Assembly: GCF_009914755.1 (NCBI RefSeq)
Contig: NC_060928.1
Direction: 5' to 3' (one strand)
Origin: the human T2T-CHM13v2.0 reference genome, Homo sapiens
Length of the DNA stretch: 64,000 nt
Position 1 is the stretch's first letter. Each line of letters opens with the position of its first letter. Position numbers and translations under genes: made by a program. The notes below the pieces were generated by a model, which did not search any database, was not told the DNA's origin, and was given only the letters and a program-made list of their open reading frames with translations. Positions 28,059-40,258 of the stretch are shown one piece after another.

Positions 28059-28936
28059 CTATAAAAGAACTATCTGGAGCTCATCTTGAGAGAGAGAAGA
28101 TGAATTTATCCTCTGTCTTTAGGCTTTTACTTACAGAGCCACACCTTTATAAACAAGTTCTGTCTGTCATACTGACAGGAAGGAGATATGCAAAATGTAA
28201 CATCTGGAGTCATAAAATATAATGACCTCAAATAACATTCCAGAAAGAGAAAGGAAAACTAGTTCTGGTTAGGGAGAAGATAAAAGAGGAAAAGGAGTAA
28301 ATTTACATCCTTAAAACAAGAGTAATAGAAAACCCTACCGGGTTTTTCCAGTAAGTTTTGTGCAGCAGCAGCAACAACCTAATCAATATGTGCTTCCTCA
28401 CCCTCTTGTCCCCAAAGAGAAACTGCTGGGCCCCTCTCCACCGACTCCCCAGGAGCAGAAACTACTGCCCCCAAGGAAGGGAGAATTCAGAAGCGTGGGG
28501 AGGGGGAAAAACAGGTATATGTGGTTCTAGCATCCTCATCTTCATATCAGCTACCAGCCTGAAACTACATTCAGGAACCAGGCTCCCAGACATTCCCCGG
28601 CCCTGGGCCCTGCCTGAGCGCCAGAGAGCTTGAGGAGCCTGCAGCATAGTTCTCAGACCCGAAACAATGACCTCCCCCGTCCAAACCCAGGCACTCTTGC
28701 GCCAAGGCCCTAACCTCTCAGCGAGACCTCTTTGGGGAAGGACAAGAGATGCTGCCTGATGGCCGAGAGAAGACATGCCAGGCTTCTCTGCCAGAATGAG
28801 TTGTTGAGGGTGGGATGAAGGTGGTCAAGGAGATGGGCTCTTTATTTTTAAAACAAAAAACAAGGCAACCGGGACCACCAACATCAGTCACCCTCACTCC
28901 CCACCACTGCCTCTATTCCTTAAGGACTTCTTCCCA

Positions 28937-28940
<4 letters not shown>

Positions 28941-28967
<27 letters not shown>
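28941..28967. repeat. (GGC)9 / (GCC)9 trinucleotide repeat
   Basis: Nine uninterrupted GGC units. Confidence 0.97.
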
Positions 28968-29419
28968 AGCTTGCGATCATCAGGATTGGAAGTGAGAGCG
29001 AGTGCCCGGGCCAACCTCAGCGTCTCTCAGGGACAGCGCAGGTGGGCGCAGCCTTGGAAGGTCAGCGAGGCCAGAGCTCAGAGTTCCACGGGGGCCCGGA
29101 GAGTGTGCGTGTGTGAGTGAGAATGCGAAAACGCGCGCGCGCCGGGCAGAGGGGCGCTCGGCGAGAGGGTAGGCGCGGTGACAGGGGTACCCCAGCAGCC
29201 GAGGAGAGACAGCCCACCCCACCCTTTAAGCTAAAGAGCTGGAGGGGTGATGGAGGCTGCAAGACGGAGAAACTTGATGCAAAACAGACAGGCTCCCCCC
29301 TCCAAGACGTGCCGCCACGCTCTCAGACACGCTCCCTCGCCTCCCGGATTACCCACCATCAACCACCCCACCCTGCAAAATTCCCCCACCGAGCCCTAGG
29401 ATCCCAGGCGGGTAATTAC

Positions 29420-29512
29420 CTCTCCCGGAGGCGGAGTGGGGGGCGGCAGCAGCAGCAGACACTTTTAGCCTGACTTTCCTGCGTTCGCTTGCGAGCGTGT
29501 GAGCGTGTGCGC
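29420..29512 (-). other. Predicted first exon (5' UTR) of an unidentified minus-strand gene
   Basis: Starts ~31 nt downstream of TATAAATA at a YR dinucleotide; ends at donor GAG|gtaatt (29419). Confidence 0.55.
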
Positions 29513-29534
29513 GCCCAGGAGGAGCTGTAACCTG

Positions 29535-29544
29535 CTATTTATAG
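29535..29544 (-). promoter_or_regulatory. TATA box coinciding with a MEF2 site
   Basis: Minus strand CTATAAATAG = TATAAATA and a perfect CTA(A/T)4TAG; a conspicuous AT patch in the island. Confidence 0.75.
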
Positions 29545-29784
29545 ACCGAAGCCTCAGTACCCGGGGCTGAGAACCCGGAGGAAACTAGCAGGCGGCGGCG
29601 ACGGCGCAGGGCGCCGGCCGCGGCTTCGCGAGGCTCCAGCAGCTCCCCCAGCCTCTGGCTTCGGCCGCGCTCCCTGCTCGCTCCTCGCCTACCAGCCCCG
29701 CGCGCGCCCCAGAGAAGTTGTCACCAGCGCGGCTGGCTCTCCGGCTGCTCACACGCCCCCTGGCACAATTGCTACTTTCTTCCA

Positions 29785-29804
29785 CCCCAACCCCCACCCT
29801 CCCC
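29785..29804 (-). promoter_or_regulatory. G-quadruplex-forming motif
   Basis: Minus strand GGGGAGGGTGGGGGTTGGGG: four G>=3 runs with 1-2 nt loops. Confidence 0.7.
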
Positions 29805-30645
29805 GCTCCTCTTCCTCCTCCTCTGCTCTCTCCAAGCGGTCTCCTCCCAATGTCACCAGCGACCGAGTAGAGGCGGCCGTGGCAGCGACAGTCGCGCAAC
29901 TGGCGCTGCTCGCTTCCCGCTACTGATAGAGCGGAGATGGTGGCCCGGCTGCCCACCCCGAAATTACCACGCTGGCTCCGTGTGCTCACACCCCGTACCC
30001 CGACCCCTTTCTGCGGCCCCTCTGCCCGCTGGGTCGCCCACCCAGACTGGGCTGTGGGATCACCGCTACCGCGACGAGGGGGGACCCGAGGCCGCCACGC
30101 TGCTGCGGGGGCAGGAGAAACCACAGAGAAAGAACCCGCGGGAGGAAGAAAGCGCCCCAGACCCCGGCCTATGGCAGCGCAGTCCCTAGACCGAGGGTTT
30201 TTGGAAGGGGCTTGGGATCCCTGCTGTCACTGCCTGCGTCTAGGCATCCATTCACGCCTGCTGGACCCCAGTCTGCAGCCGCGCTGGGACCCCTGTCTCT
30301 TGCCCCTCCTCCCCCTTGCCCCGGGCAGAGGTCGGGCTGAGGAGACCAGCTTAGAGCAGCCCTCGGCCACCCACCGCCAGTTCCCACGTCGCGGCGGGTG
30401 ACTGAGGCCGAGATGCTCCCAACTAGCGTATGACATGCCTTTGATATCCCGGGTGCGTGGGGACAAATCCGCCCTGAATGTGTTGGGGTATCAGGAAAAC
30501 GGGGTATGTAAGCAAGCAGTCTGGACGGAGACTAAAACTCCCCCACTTCCTAGCCCCTAACAAGCCCACAGGGGAAAGCACGCACCCTGGTTATTCCGGG
30601 CTGTGTAGGGTGTGGGGCAAATGACTCTCCCCATCTGCGCTTTAC

Positions 30646-30664
30646 AGGTGCCACCTGGCGGCTC
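30646..30664 (-). promoter_or_regulatory. CTCF core motif overlapping paired E-boxes
   Basis: Minus strand GAGCCGCCAGGTGGCACCT; plus strand CAGGTG-c-CACCTG. Confidence 0.65.
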
Positions 30665-31017
30665 TCTCGGAAAGGTTTTGATGGAGCCGTTCAAAGGTAA
30701 AGGTGCCCAGAGCCAGCCCATCAAGACACCCCAGCCCTTCTCCCTGAGGGCGCTTTAAAATCACATTTTAAGTAAAGCAGTGTACGAATGCTTGTACACA
30801 AGTGTTACATTTGCCATGCAAAAAGACTGGAATCTCAAAGTCAGGACAGTGAAATCAATTTGGGTTAAGTCGGGGCTTAACAGTTTCACAAACCAGGAAG
30901 CTGTATGTACCCCCAGCTGTCACCCCTGCTGTCACTGCCCGCATCTAGGCATCCTTTCACTCCTCAAACCTTTGACCACCACATTATAAGCCTTGCCAAT
31001 GAGGACAGGGACTTTGG

Positions 31018-31051
31018 GTTTGTTTTGTTTTGTTTTGTTTTGTTTTGTTTG
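31018..31051. repeat. (TTTTG)n microsatellite
   Basis: Read directly. Confidence 0.9.
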
Positions 31052-31567
31052 GTGGGGGGAGTTGTTTGTTCGTTTCATTTATTTTTTTCATCACTCTGCT
31101 CCCAGAGCTTGGGACAATACCTAATATTCTGTAGTTTCAATAAATGTTTATAGAATCAAATAATAAACACTATAGGCCAGAAACTGCTTGGCGCCCCCGA
31201 AGCCCTTCCTTTTGCTTCTCTTCAAGCTTTTTCTCCTATGCTCAGCCTCTACCCCAAGTGAGCTGAATGCAGAGAGATAGGAGAGTGAGGAACAAATAAT
31301 CCCTGTCAAGATGTGGATCAGCTTTGAGAAGCCTTCACACAGTTAGATTTCTCCTCCATGGGGCAGCACTGAACACACCCATCTCCAAGCAATGGGTAAG
31401 CCGTGTTCATAGAGATCTGCTGGAAAGATGATACAACTTTCTCACTGGGCAGTTTCTGATTTTTCTCACAATAGAGAGAGATTGAAATAATATCAGGACA
31501 TTAGGATGTCAGAGCTTTGCTACTAAATTGGAAATATGGTTAACATATCTGTCCTCTAAGTGGAAGA

Positions 31568-31601
31568 GTGTGTGTGTGTGTGTGTCTGTGCGTGTGTGTG
31601 T
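31568..31601. repeat. (GT)n microsatellite (interrupted)
   Basis: Read directly. Confidence 0.9.
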
Positions 31602-33865
31602 TTATGAAGACTACAGCAGCAATGCCAGAAATACCAAACCATACCTCCTAAAAGACTGAGTTGTAAAATAAATGCAGTTACTGATTCTATGGAAATGGAC
31701 GTTTAAAGTGAGATGCTTAGAGGACCCTATTATAATTAAAGTCCAGACATGGACCATGCTGACAAAGTCCTTTTACAGGGCGGCTGAAGAATATGTGACT
31801 TACTTGTGTACATCACGTAGGAAGTTTGAATTCTCAGAAAAGAGAGAATATGAATCAGGATGCCATCAGATGCATGTACCACAAGGCATTTTTAAAAATC
31901 CATCAATCATCCTGATATTTACCTTTTTTAGTTATTTGGTGGCTTTTTCCTTGAATAAGCCTGGAGGATTCAGATGCTTCCGTGGTTTAATAAACTCATT
32001 CAGCATTCACTTTTACAAACCTTGAACTTTTGCTGACTTGTACCCCCAAAACATAACTCCATTTGCCAATGAAGGACAAAATATTTTTCATTTCCTTTTG
32101 AAATATCTTTGTAGGGCCAGAAGTCAAAGGTGATTCCCTGTAGTTACCTTGCTGTCTAAAGCAATAAAATCAAGCCAGGATCTACAGGGTTGGTGTCACA
32201 CTCGCCTTTGCAGTGAAGCAGCCTACACTCTCTCCATAGATTCATTGTTCCTCTAGATTTTTATCTCAGGTGAGATTAATATGACATCATATCTACTTTT
32301 ATGATCCTTCACTATTCAAAATCTCTTCTAGAATATAGCACCAAGCATCATATAGGTTTTTTAATGCTTACTCAGTTATGTTAACAATAACTTGTAAAGT
32401 AAGTCCTTGTTTTCATCTCAATTTTTAAAAACTTAAAAATTACAGAAACTTTGTTATGTATACATTAGCATCATCTCTTGTGTGTATATTGTGTGTGTAT
32501 GTCTGTGTGTATTTAAATTAAGGGGGATGTTGTTAGAAATAAGAACTAAAGTAAAAAGGATAAATTATTGTAAAGATACTTGGCTGCCCCATGGAACCCC
32601 AAAACAAGAATGCAACTGGGCACTAGGAATGACTGGAAACAGACAGGCCATTAGAACTTTCTCTGTCTCTTTTCCCCCACTACATTAACTGTCCCATTCT
32701 GTATCTCTCTCCCTCTTTCTCTCTCTCCCCACATACATTGTCTCACTCTCTGCTTCTCTGGTGTGCACTAAATTGCATGGTGGCTAACGACTCTTAAACT
32801 TTATAACTTGTGAACCAGTTCCAAATTCTCCAAGTACTGTGATTCTTCCAGCTACCAAACCCCAGCCAACAACCTTGGCCAGGGATGGTAATCAAGTGAC
32901 ATTTTCATACCTACTGTAGTAATTAGGTAGATTATAGTGGGAGGCTGAAGAAGAAGAAAAAGGATGAAAATTCCCAAAATGAGGGAAGGAATACAGGTCA
33001 TTCCTGACCACTACTATCTCCTATTCCTGGTTGTTTCATCAACATTGACACAAAAGACAAAAGAAAGTAGGAAAAAGAAATATTAAAAAAGCAATAATGT
33101 CTATGGTGTATTAATGCATATGCATGTTTGAATATTGAATAAGATGGAATGCCTCTTACTGTTGGTAGTGCTCGAAGATAGCTGTTCCCAGTATAAGTAG
33201 CAGTATGATTTTATGATCTCTCGGCATGGGGCTGGGTGAGTATGAGAAAGAAATCAAGTTTTTCACAGACAGTTTACTTTAGCTTCTTTTTTCATGGCAA
33301 ATTAAATAAGAGATTTTTAAAATAAAACAAATGAGTGTGCTAGAATTTTACATTGATTGAAAATAAATATTCGTGGCTCTTGCGCTTTGCATAGTGGTTA
33401 TATTTGTAAAATTGTATGTAAATCATATATTTGAAAATGAGTCACATTTCAAATATAATAGGGTGGTGAATCTTAACATTTTTGCAGTCATAAATCCATT
33501 GGAGAATTTGAGGAGAGCTGTGGACTCATTTCCCAGAAAAATATGAGCATGCACACACACAGTTACAATGGGATGTTATATGACATATTTATTTGAGACC
33601 TGGAACTTAACACTTTATATTGCTTTTGTCTTCCCCCAGTCATTGTTATTTGAACAAATGAAATAAAGACTCCAGATTCTTAAAACCTTCAAAATGCCCG
33701 GTATGTACAAGCCAAAAAATGGGTTGGGGTGGGGGACATATGTGAATGCAGAGAACTAGCTCCCTCTTCACCAGCTCCTGCTCCAATGAGTCCTAAATAA
33801 GCTGTAGTAGGAAATGAAGACTGAGCTCTTAGAAGGAGGGGAGAGAGTTATAATGTGGGGAATGC

Positions 33866-34266
33866 TGTATTCGTCCACTAGGGATGCCATAACCTCTTAC
33901 CAACAGGTTTGGTGGCTTAAACAATAGAAATGTATTTCTCACAGTTCAGGAGGCTGTAAGTCAAAGGCTGAGGAATAGGCAGGTTTGGTTTCTGAGGCCT
34001 GTCTCCTTGGCTTGCAAATGTTGCTGTCTCGCTGTGTCCTCAGGTGGTCTTTCCTGTGTGCATTTGCAGCCCTGGTGTCTGTGTGCGTCTAAATTTCCTC
34101 CTCTTATAAGGACACCAGTCAGATTGGATTAGGGCCTGCCCTAATGGCCTCTTTTAATCTAATTGTCTTTTAAAGGCCCTATCTCCAAATGCAGTCATAT
34201 TCTGAGATACTGGGTGCTAAGGCTTCAACATATGAATTTGAGGGGGACAAGATTCAGCCCATAACA
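33866..34266 (-). mobile_element. MaLR solo LTR (MLT1B-like)
   Basis: Complete antisense LTR tgtatt...cagcccataaca; TSD aatgc/aatgt. Confidence 0.88.
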
Positions 34267-35197
34267 AATGTGCACTACAACAAACTCCAGAAAGGGTCTG
34301 GGGGTGAAGTTTGGATATAAATTTCTCCCTTCTGTAAAGAGGACCCAAGAGTAAATACTTGTACTGTTTTCCCCTTGGAGTATCAAGAAGGCAAGGGTGT
34401 AAAGTGGGAATATAAATGCTAGCATGCCTTATCTAGATCCTAAAGGGCTAATGATCCCTGGGATTTTGTTGCCTAAGTGATGAGGAAGAGGCTGTGGTTC
34501 CTTTGGGCTATAGGAGGCCTGGAAGTTAGTCAGGAGTGACAGCCAGCAGGACAGGTAATCACCAAGAGGTCCCCTGGGAGGGCGACCAGATTAAATGCCA
34601 AGGAAAGGGCGTGGCCTGTCTATGGAAACATAAAGGTGTGGCTACAATTGCCATGGCAATGACCTCAGAAGAGTCAGTGGCTATGCACTAGAGTAATGCC
34701 ATCTTCATTCACACCTCTAGAATGGAAGCCAAGTCAGCTCTTCAGAAAATGACAGACATGTCCCCCAGTGTCATGATGCTGTGTAAGTCTCCCCTGGACC
34801 AACAAGCTCCCCTGGAAGTAAAGGCGAAGGAAAAATGGGAGGGGCAGCAATACTTAAACTGAGTAAGTTTTAAACCAGGGTAGACTTGGTTTAGATTACT
34901 GGATACAACTAAGAAAACTAAATTAAATTTGCTATTTCTGAGTACAAATAGGGGCTTATAATTAAGTTAATTTTATGGTAGAAAAATTATGTTCCACTTT
35001 TTATACCCAAGGTTTAAAAACTTAACTGATATCCTTTTATATTTCATGTTTTAATATCTTCTCAGGAAGCTCATTGATACCCCTGAATAGCATCTATGAT
35101 TCCATATTAAGAATATTTGTCCTAGATGATCTGATTCTTTAAATCTGGTTGTAGGAAAAATATATTTAACTGAAAAAAAATCTGCTAATATATATAA

Positions 35198-35547
<350 letters not shown>

Positions 35548-37015
35548 TGAAATGCTATTTTCTTAAAGAGAGTAGTATCTGTAAGTTACAACATAATAGC
35601 TTACATGATTATGTTTAGCAAATGCCGGCAAAAGAATAAAATCACAAATGAAAAATTATAGAAAAGCATTAGGTAAAGATAGCTATATTCAAATTTAGGG
35701 GGATTGAAGGTGACAGTATTATGCTGCTTCATTTCAAGAAGTAGGAAGCTTTTTTTAACAGAAGTCTTCAAAAAAGAAAGCATCTGAATTAATTATTTTT
35801 GTTACTCTCCCTATTTTCATCCAAACACTTTTTTATTACCTAATTATGTCACTAAAAGCATAAAATGGAAAAGAACCTTATATATCAGACACATTTTAGG
35901 AAATGTTTGTGGTAATCAGAGAGATTGATGAGAGCCACTCGCTCTTTCCAGAAGTGAGCATCTTACCTCTGAATATTTTGTTAATTTTCTTCATCAATGT
36001 CTCTATCTTATCTTCCACACTTAAAGACATAAATAGATTCTTCTCACCTATTTTCAAAACTTTCTCTATATCTAATCATCTTGTCAAAATACCATCCTGG
36101 GTCTCTTTTTCTTGGTATAATCCAGCTCTGCCATCTCCTGGTGACCTGATTTTGGCTGAAATAGACCAACTGTAATCACCAGAGCAAGTCAGAAGAATTG
36201 GTCAGATGTCAGGAGAAACTAGAACCTCTTAGTTAAACCTGTATCTCTGGAGACTCCTCTCCTTCATTTGTTCATCAAGGCAAAATTCGTGCTTCAGAAT
36301 TGGACAAATTAGGGCTCCATTCATGGTGTCACATTCACCAGCTGTGTGACCTTTCATAAGTGCCTTAAAATTTCTGAGTCTCTGTTTCCTTATCTGTAAA
36401 ACTAGGGATAATAGTCCCTTCCTCCTAGAGTGACCAAAAATCCAAGACACTGTGAGGACATGACCTGCTGTCCATCTTGTGCTACTTTTTTTTTTTTTAC
36501 CCATAATCTTTTGCTGAGACTGAAGAAGATGGAGATGAACATGGCAACAGCAGAGTGTCCTCATGAAATCCTCCAACGTTTGTGTTCTAGGCTAGCTATT
36601 TCACCATTACCTACAACCTCACATTTGTCATAGAAATACTAGTCCACACCTGTGAAAAGTAACACCCTTCTGGAGAATCTGGCTAAAGTCCGTGCCATAT
36701 GAGCAAAGAATTTTCCAGAGAGTTTGTTATGGAGACTCTCGGCAGAACCACTTCTAACTCTCAGTCTATCTTTACAACCCTCTTCCCTATATCTTCAATT
36801 CAGTTCTAACAAGTGTTCACTGAGCATCTACTACTTGCCACAAATTGTGCTTGGCTCTGGGAATAAAAAGGTGAAAAGGGCACCATTTTGTCTCCCTTCT
36901 TTGGCAGAGTCAAAGTTGATTTTCATAAACCTATCTTCTATTATTTATTTCCTATTTGGTTTACTCTAACATTATATTTATTGAGTGTATGAAAGTTATC
37001 AGTATCAAAATGGAA

Positions 37016-37234
37016 TGTGCATGTGCAACCCTGATGTGTCTGTATGTGTCTAAATTTCCTCCTCTTACAATGATGCCAGTCAGATTGTATCAGGGCCTGC
37101 CCTAATGGCCTCATTTTAACCTAAGCATTTTTTAAAAGTCCTATCTCCAAATACAGTCATATCCTGAGGCACTGAGTGCTAGGGCTTCAACATATGAATT
37201 CTGGGGTGAGGGGGACACAATTCAGCCCATAACA
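37016..37234 (-). mobile_element. Partial MLT1B-like LTR (second copy)
   Basis: Aligns with 34056-34266. Confidence 0.85.
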
Positions 37235-37249
37235 GATGTCAAACACTAA

Positions 37250-37679
37250 TGTTAAATTAAGAAAAAAAAACCCTCCCTAACAAACAGCGCCAGGGAAGGC
37301 CGTGAAGAAAGGGTTCCCACACGAGTATCCTCGTAACAAAACTCTCACAAAGAGCTCTGCAAAAAGCACAACCTGACACTTTAGGCCATCACAACCTTAC
37401 ACAAAAAATAGTTCTGCATGGACATCTGCCTTGCAACTGCCCGTTCAACCCAGCCTGGAATCATCCCTGGTATTGGTATTTGTAGCCAAATAATATCATT
37501 TTGAATCAGTTGTATAATCCTCCTCCTTTTTCCTTTAAAAACCTTTGACTTTCTTTACCGCCCTGAATATGCACATGGTTTCTATGACATGCACACATAT
37601 TCCCATTGCAATGCTCTATTCTCAAATAAGTAACTTTTTCTCTAAGAGAGCCTCTCTGTGTTTGTTACTTAGGTTAACA
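37250..37679 (+). mobile_element. ERV1-class solo LTR (LTR37-like)
   Basis: tgttaaa...aggttaaca termini; cagggaaggcc, ggacatctgcc, ttcccattgcaatgctctatt motifs. Confidence 0.7.
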
Positions 37680-39889
37680 GTGTCTAGCACACACAAGGTA
37701 AGGGGATGTGGCAACACAGCGATGAGCAGATATAATTTAGTTGAGGCGACAAGGAAAGTATGCAAATAGGTACAAAATGAAGTGAGATATTATATATCAA
37801 TAGAGTAAGCGGAAGTGCCATGAATATTAGAAGGCAGGAGAAACCAAATCGAGTTGGAAGGATCAGAAAAATCTTCATGAAGTGGCATTTGATAGATGGA
37901 GGATTTCAGGGAACATAATTGGCAGGCATCCCATCACAGGCATGAGTAAGGCCCTCCTGGTAGACTTATCCTTCAGGTCTGATTGGAACATCACCTACTC
38001 TGTGAAGACTGCCCGGTTAATCCTTTTCTGTGGTCTCCTAGCACTGAGCATTTTACTTGGTTGTGTCTCTTACTGCACTGTATTTGTTTACCCATCTGTC
38101 TCCTTCACTGGGTTGCAAGCTCCTCCTAAGAGTAAAACCATGTTTTATTTAGGTTTATGCAACAGATGCAAAGGCCCCAGAAAATTCTGAGAGCTTGGAA
38201 TCTAGGGAATGTTATATTTATTTATTTTTAAGTGAAATTAGATCCAATTTGAACTTCTCACTAACTTTTTGAAAATCTGTCAGTTTGGGGGGTTCCTCTT
38301 TGGCTGTTTTGGACTCCCTATTTGGATGGGGATCCACACCACAGATCAGCACCTTCTGATCCATGGCTTTCTCAGTACCCTTCCCTGCTCCACAAGGTCA
38401 TCAGGAACCTTGCATCTCTGCATGGCATACCTGTCCAGATACTTCCCTCTGCCAATGCTCTCTAGCATGTTACACCATGCGGGGTGTGAGACTTCTGAGA
38501 CACATTGTGTTTGGAGTTCTTCAAATTGTATCTTGTTATATCTACTCTCTCCCACTGCCAATCAACCTGTAAGGAGGAACAAGGAAAATCACCATTCTCC
38601 TGCCCTTCCTCCTCCTCATTTTCTGCCCTATCTCCTCTCCCAGCTTTCTACTTTCCCACCCTATTCCCAAGGCTCCTACATCATCTGGTGTCGCTTGTGC
38701 TTCCCTTTCTTGGGACCATAATGAGAGAGTAGATTCAGAGAAAGAATTTGTTACCACAAGGAGAAAATTCATCTTGAATACTTCAAAAGTAGTATCCAGT
38801 GTTACACAAATATGTGACTGTGTATGTATGTATATTGTGTATGCACGTGTGGAATCACTAACTTTTTTAAAACTTTAGACATTCCAGAGTAACTTTTTTT
38901 TATATACACTGAAGTGTTTGTATCTACAGCATACTCCAGAAAAATATAACGTTACAGATATTTTTCTTTGTAAATAGAATACAAGCTTCTCACACAGAAT
39001 CACTGTAACATTCTCTAAGTTAAAAGCTGAGAAATCATTATAGATAGCTCAAAAATGTTTTTCCTTTGAAACACAGCACTTATGGGCAAATAGGATCATT
39101 TGAAACCTATTTCAAAAAAAGAAGGAAAAAGTTGAGAAAATTCATCAATGTGAATAGACAACCAAAGACAACCATTTTATTTGGCCTAAAATGAAGTTAC
39201 ATTTTACAGGACTGAATTTTAGTTTCATGAAAGTTATAATAAAAACAAATAAGTGATTCACTTAATGCTTTCTGTAATGTAAAAATAAACTTCCCCCTCC
39301 ATCTGAGTTACCCTTTTCTGGTTTTATACCCAAAAGCTCTAGCTGAGAGTAGACTCAAGTATTTTTTAAAACTTTGATAGATGGGATATGCCGGGGTGAG
39401 TGGGAACAGAAGGCAAGGGAAACACCACTATTTTAAAACTGTGACATTTTATCAAGTTCTCCAAATGGAGATTTAACTTGAACCATGTGGTCAAATTTTT
39501 TTCTATTTTGGGAAAAAGTACTTTGTGGGTTTTTGTAATGGTAAAGTCAAAAAGAATTATATTCTACAGTGGGAGTTCTAAAATAGTGGGAAGGGGTAAA
39601 CAGCTCTGTAAGATGATGAAAAGTGTTGTCTTCTAGATGATTCTGGGTCCTACCAAATTTATGAGCATGATGTATTTTGGAGGAAGGTTTTGAACTGAGG
39701 GATAGGGTTAGTGGATAAGGGAGAAACTGGATTTGCCTCTTGCTGGACGTCAAAAGACTTTAGGGGAACGGGACCCCAGGAAGGGAACCCATAACCAAAG
39801 GTATTTTTCTTTTAAAACTGGGAAATACTGCCTGTAACATGTTGGCAGAACAAGTTGCATCCCTTCAGCACCCCCATTTGCTCCATCCC

Positions 39890-40258
39890 CGTATTTTAGC
39901 TCAGAATGCTGCAGCAGAATATGATAGACTGGGTGGCTTAAACCACAAACATTTATTGCTCACAGTTTTGGGGGATGGAAACTCCAAGTTCAAAGTGCCG
40001 GCAGTTTCTGTGTCTTGATTCTTGATTCATAGACAGCCATCTTCTCATCATATCTTCACATGGTCTCACCAGACTAATCATTTCTTCATGCCTCTTCCTT
40101 ATAAGGACACTAATCTCATTCATGAGAACTCCACCCTCATGACTTAATTACTTAATTAGTAGCCAAAGCCCCACCTCCTAAGATTATCACATTGCAGATT
40201 CGCATTTCAACATATGAATTTGGAAAGAAGGAGAAAACATTAAATTAAATCCATAACA
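39890..40258 (-). mobile_element. MaLR solo LTR (MLT1A-like)
   Basis: agactgggtggcttaaa...ataaggacactaatctcattcatgag...ccataaca; TSD atccc/ctccc. Confidence 0.82.

Larger units (their letters stand above)
28930..30720. promoter_or_regulatory. CpG island / promoter region
   Basis: Abrupt switch to high GC with abundant CpG, repeat-free, in an AT-rich background. Confidence 0.95.

Noticed and set aside
29016-29040. REST/RE1 site (CTCAGCGTC...GGACAGCGCA)
   Set aside because: The right half is good, but the left half has core mismatches and the spacer is non-canonical.
29117-30466. Long ORFs in the CpG island (118, 179 and 154 aa, etc.)
   Set aside because: They overlap on both strands, are R/G/P/A-rich and resemble no known protein; expected from stop-codon scarcity in GC-rich DNA.
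28900-30700. Assigning a gene symbol to the promoter
   Set aside because: No coding exon I recognise lies in the window, so any name would be a guess.
38269-38721. 150-aa plus-strand ORF
   Set aside because: TTG start, no recognisable domain, overlapping ORFs in other frames and no promoter or splice context.
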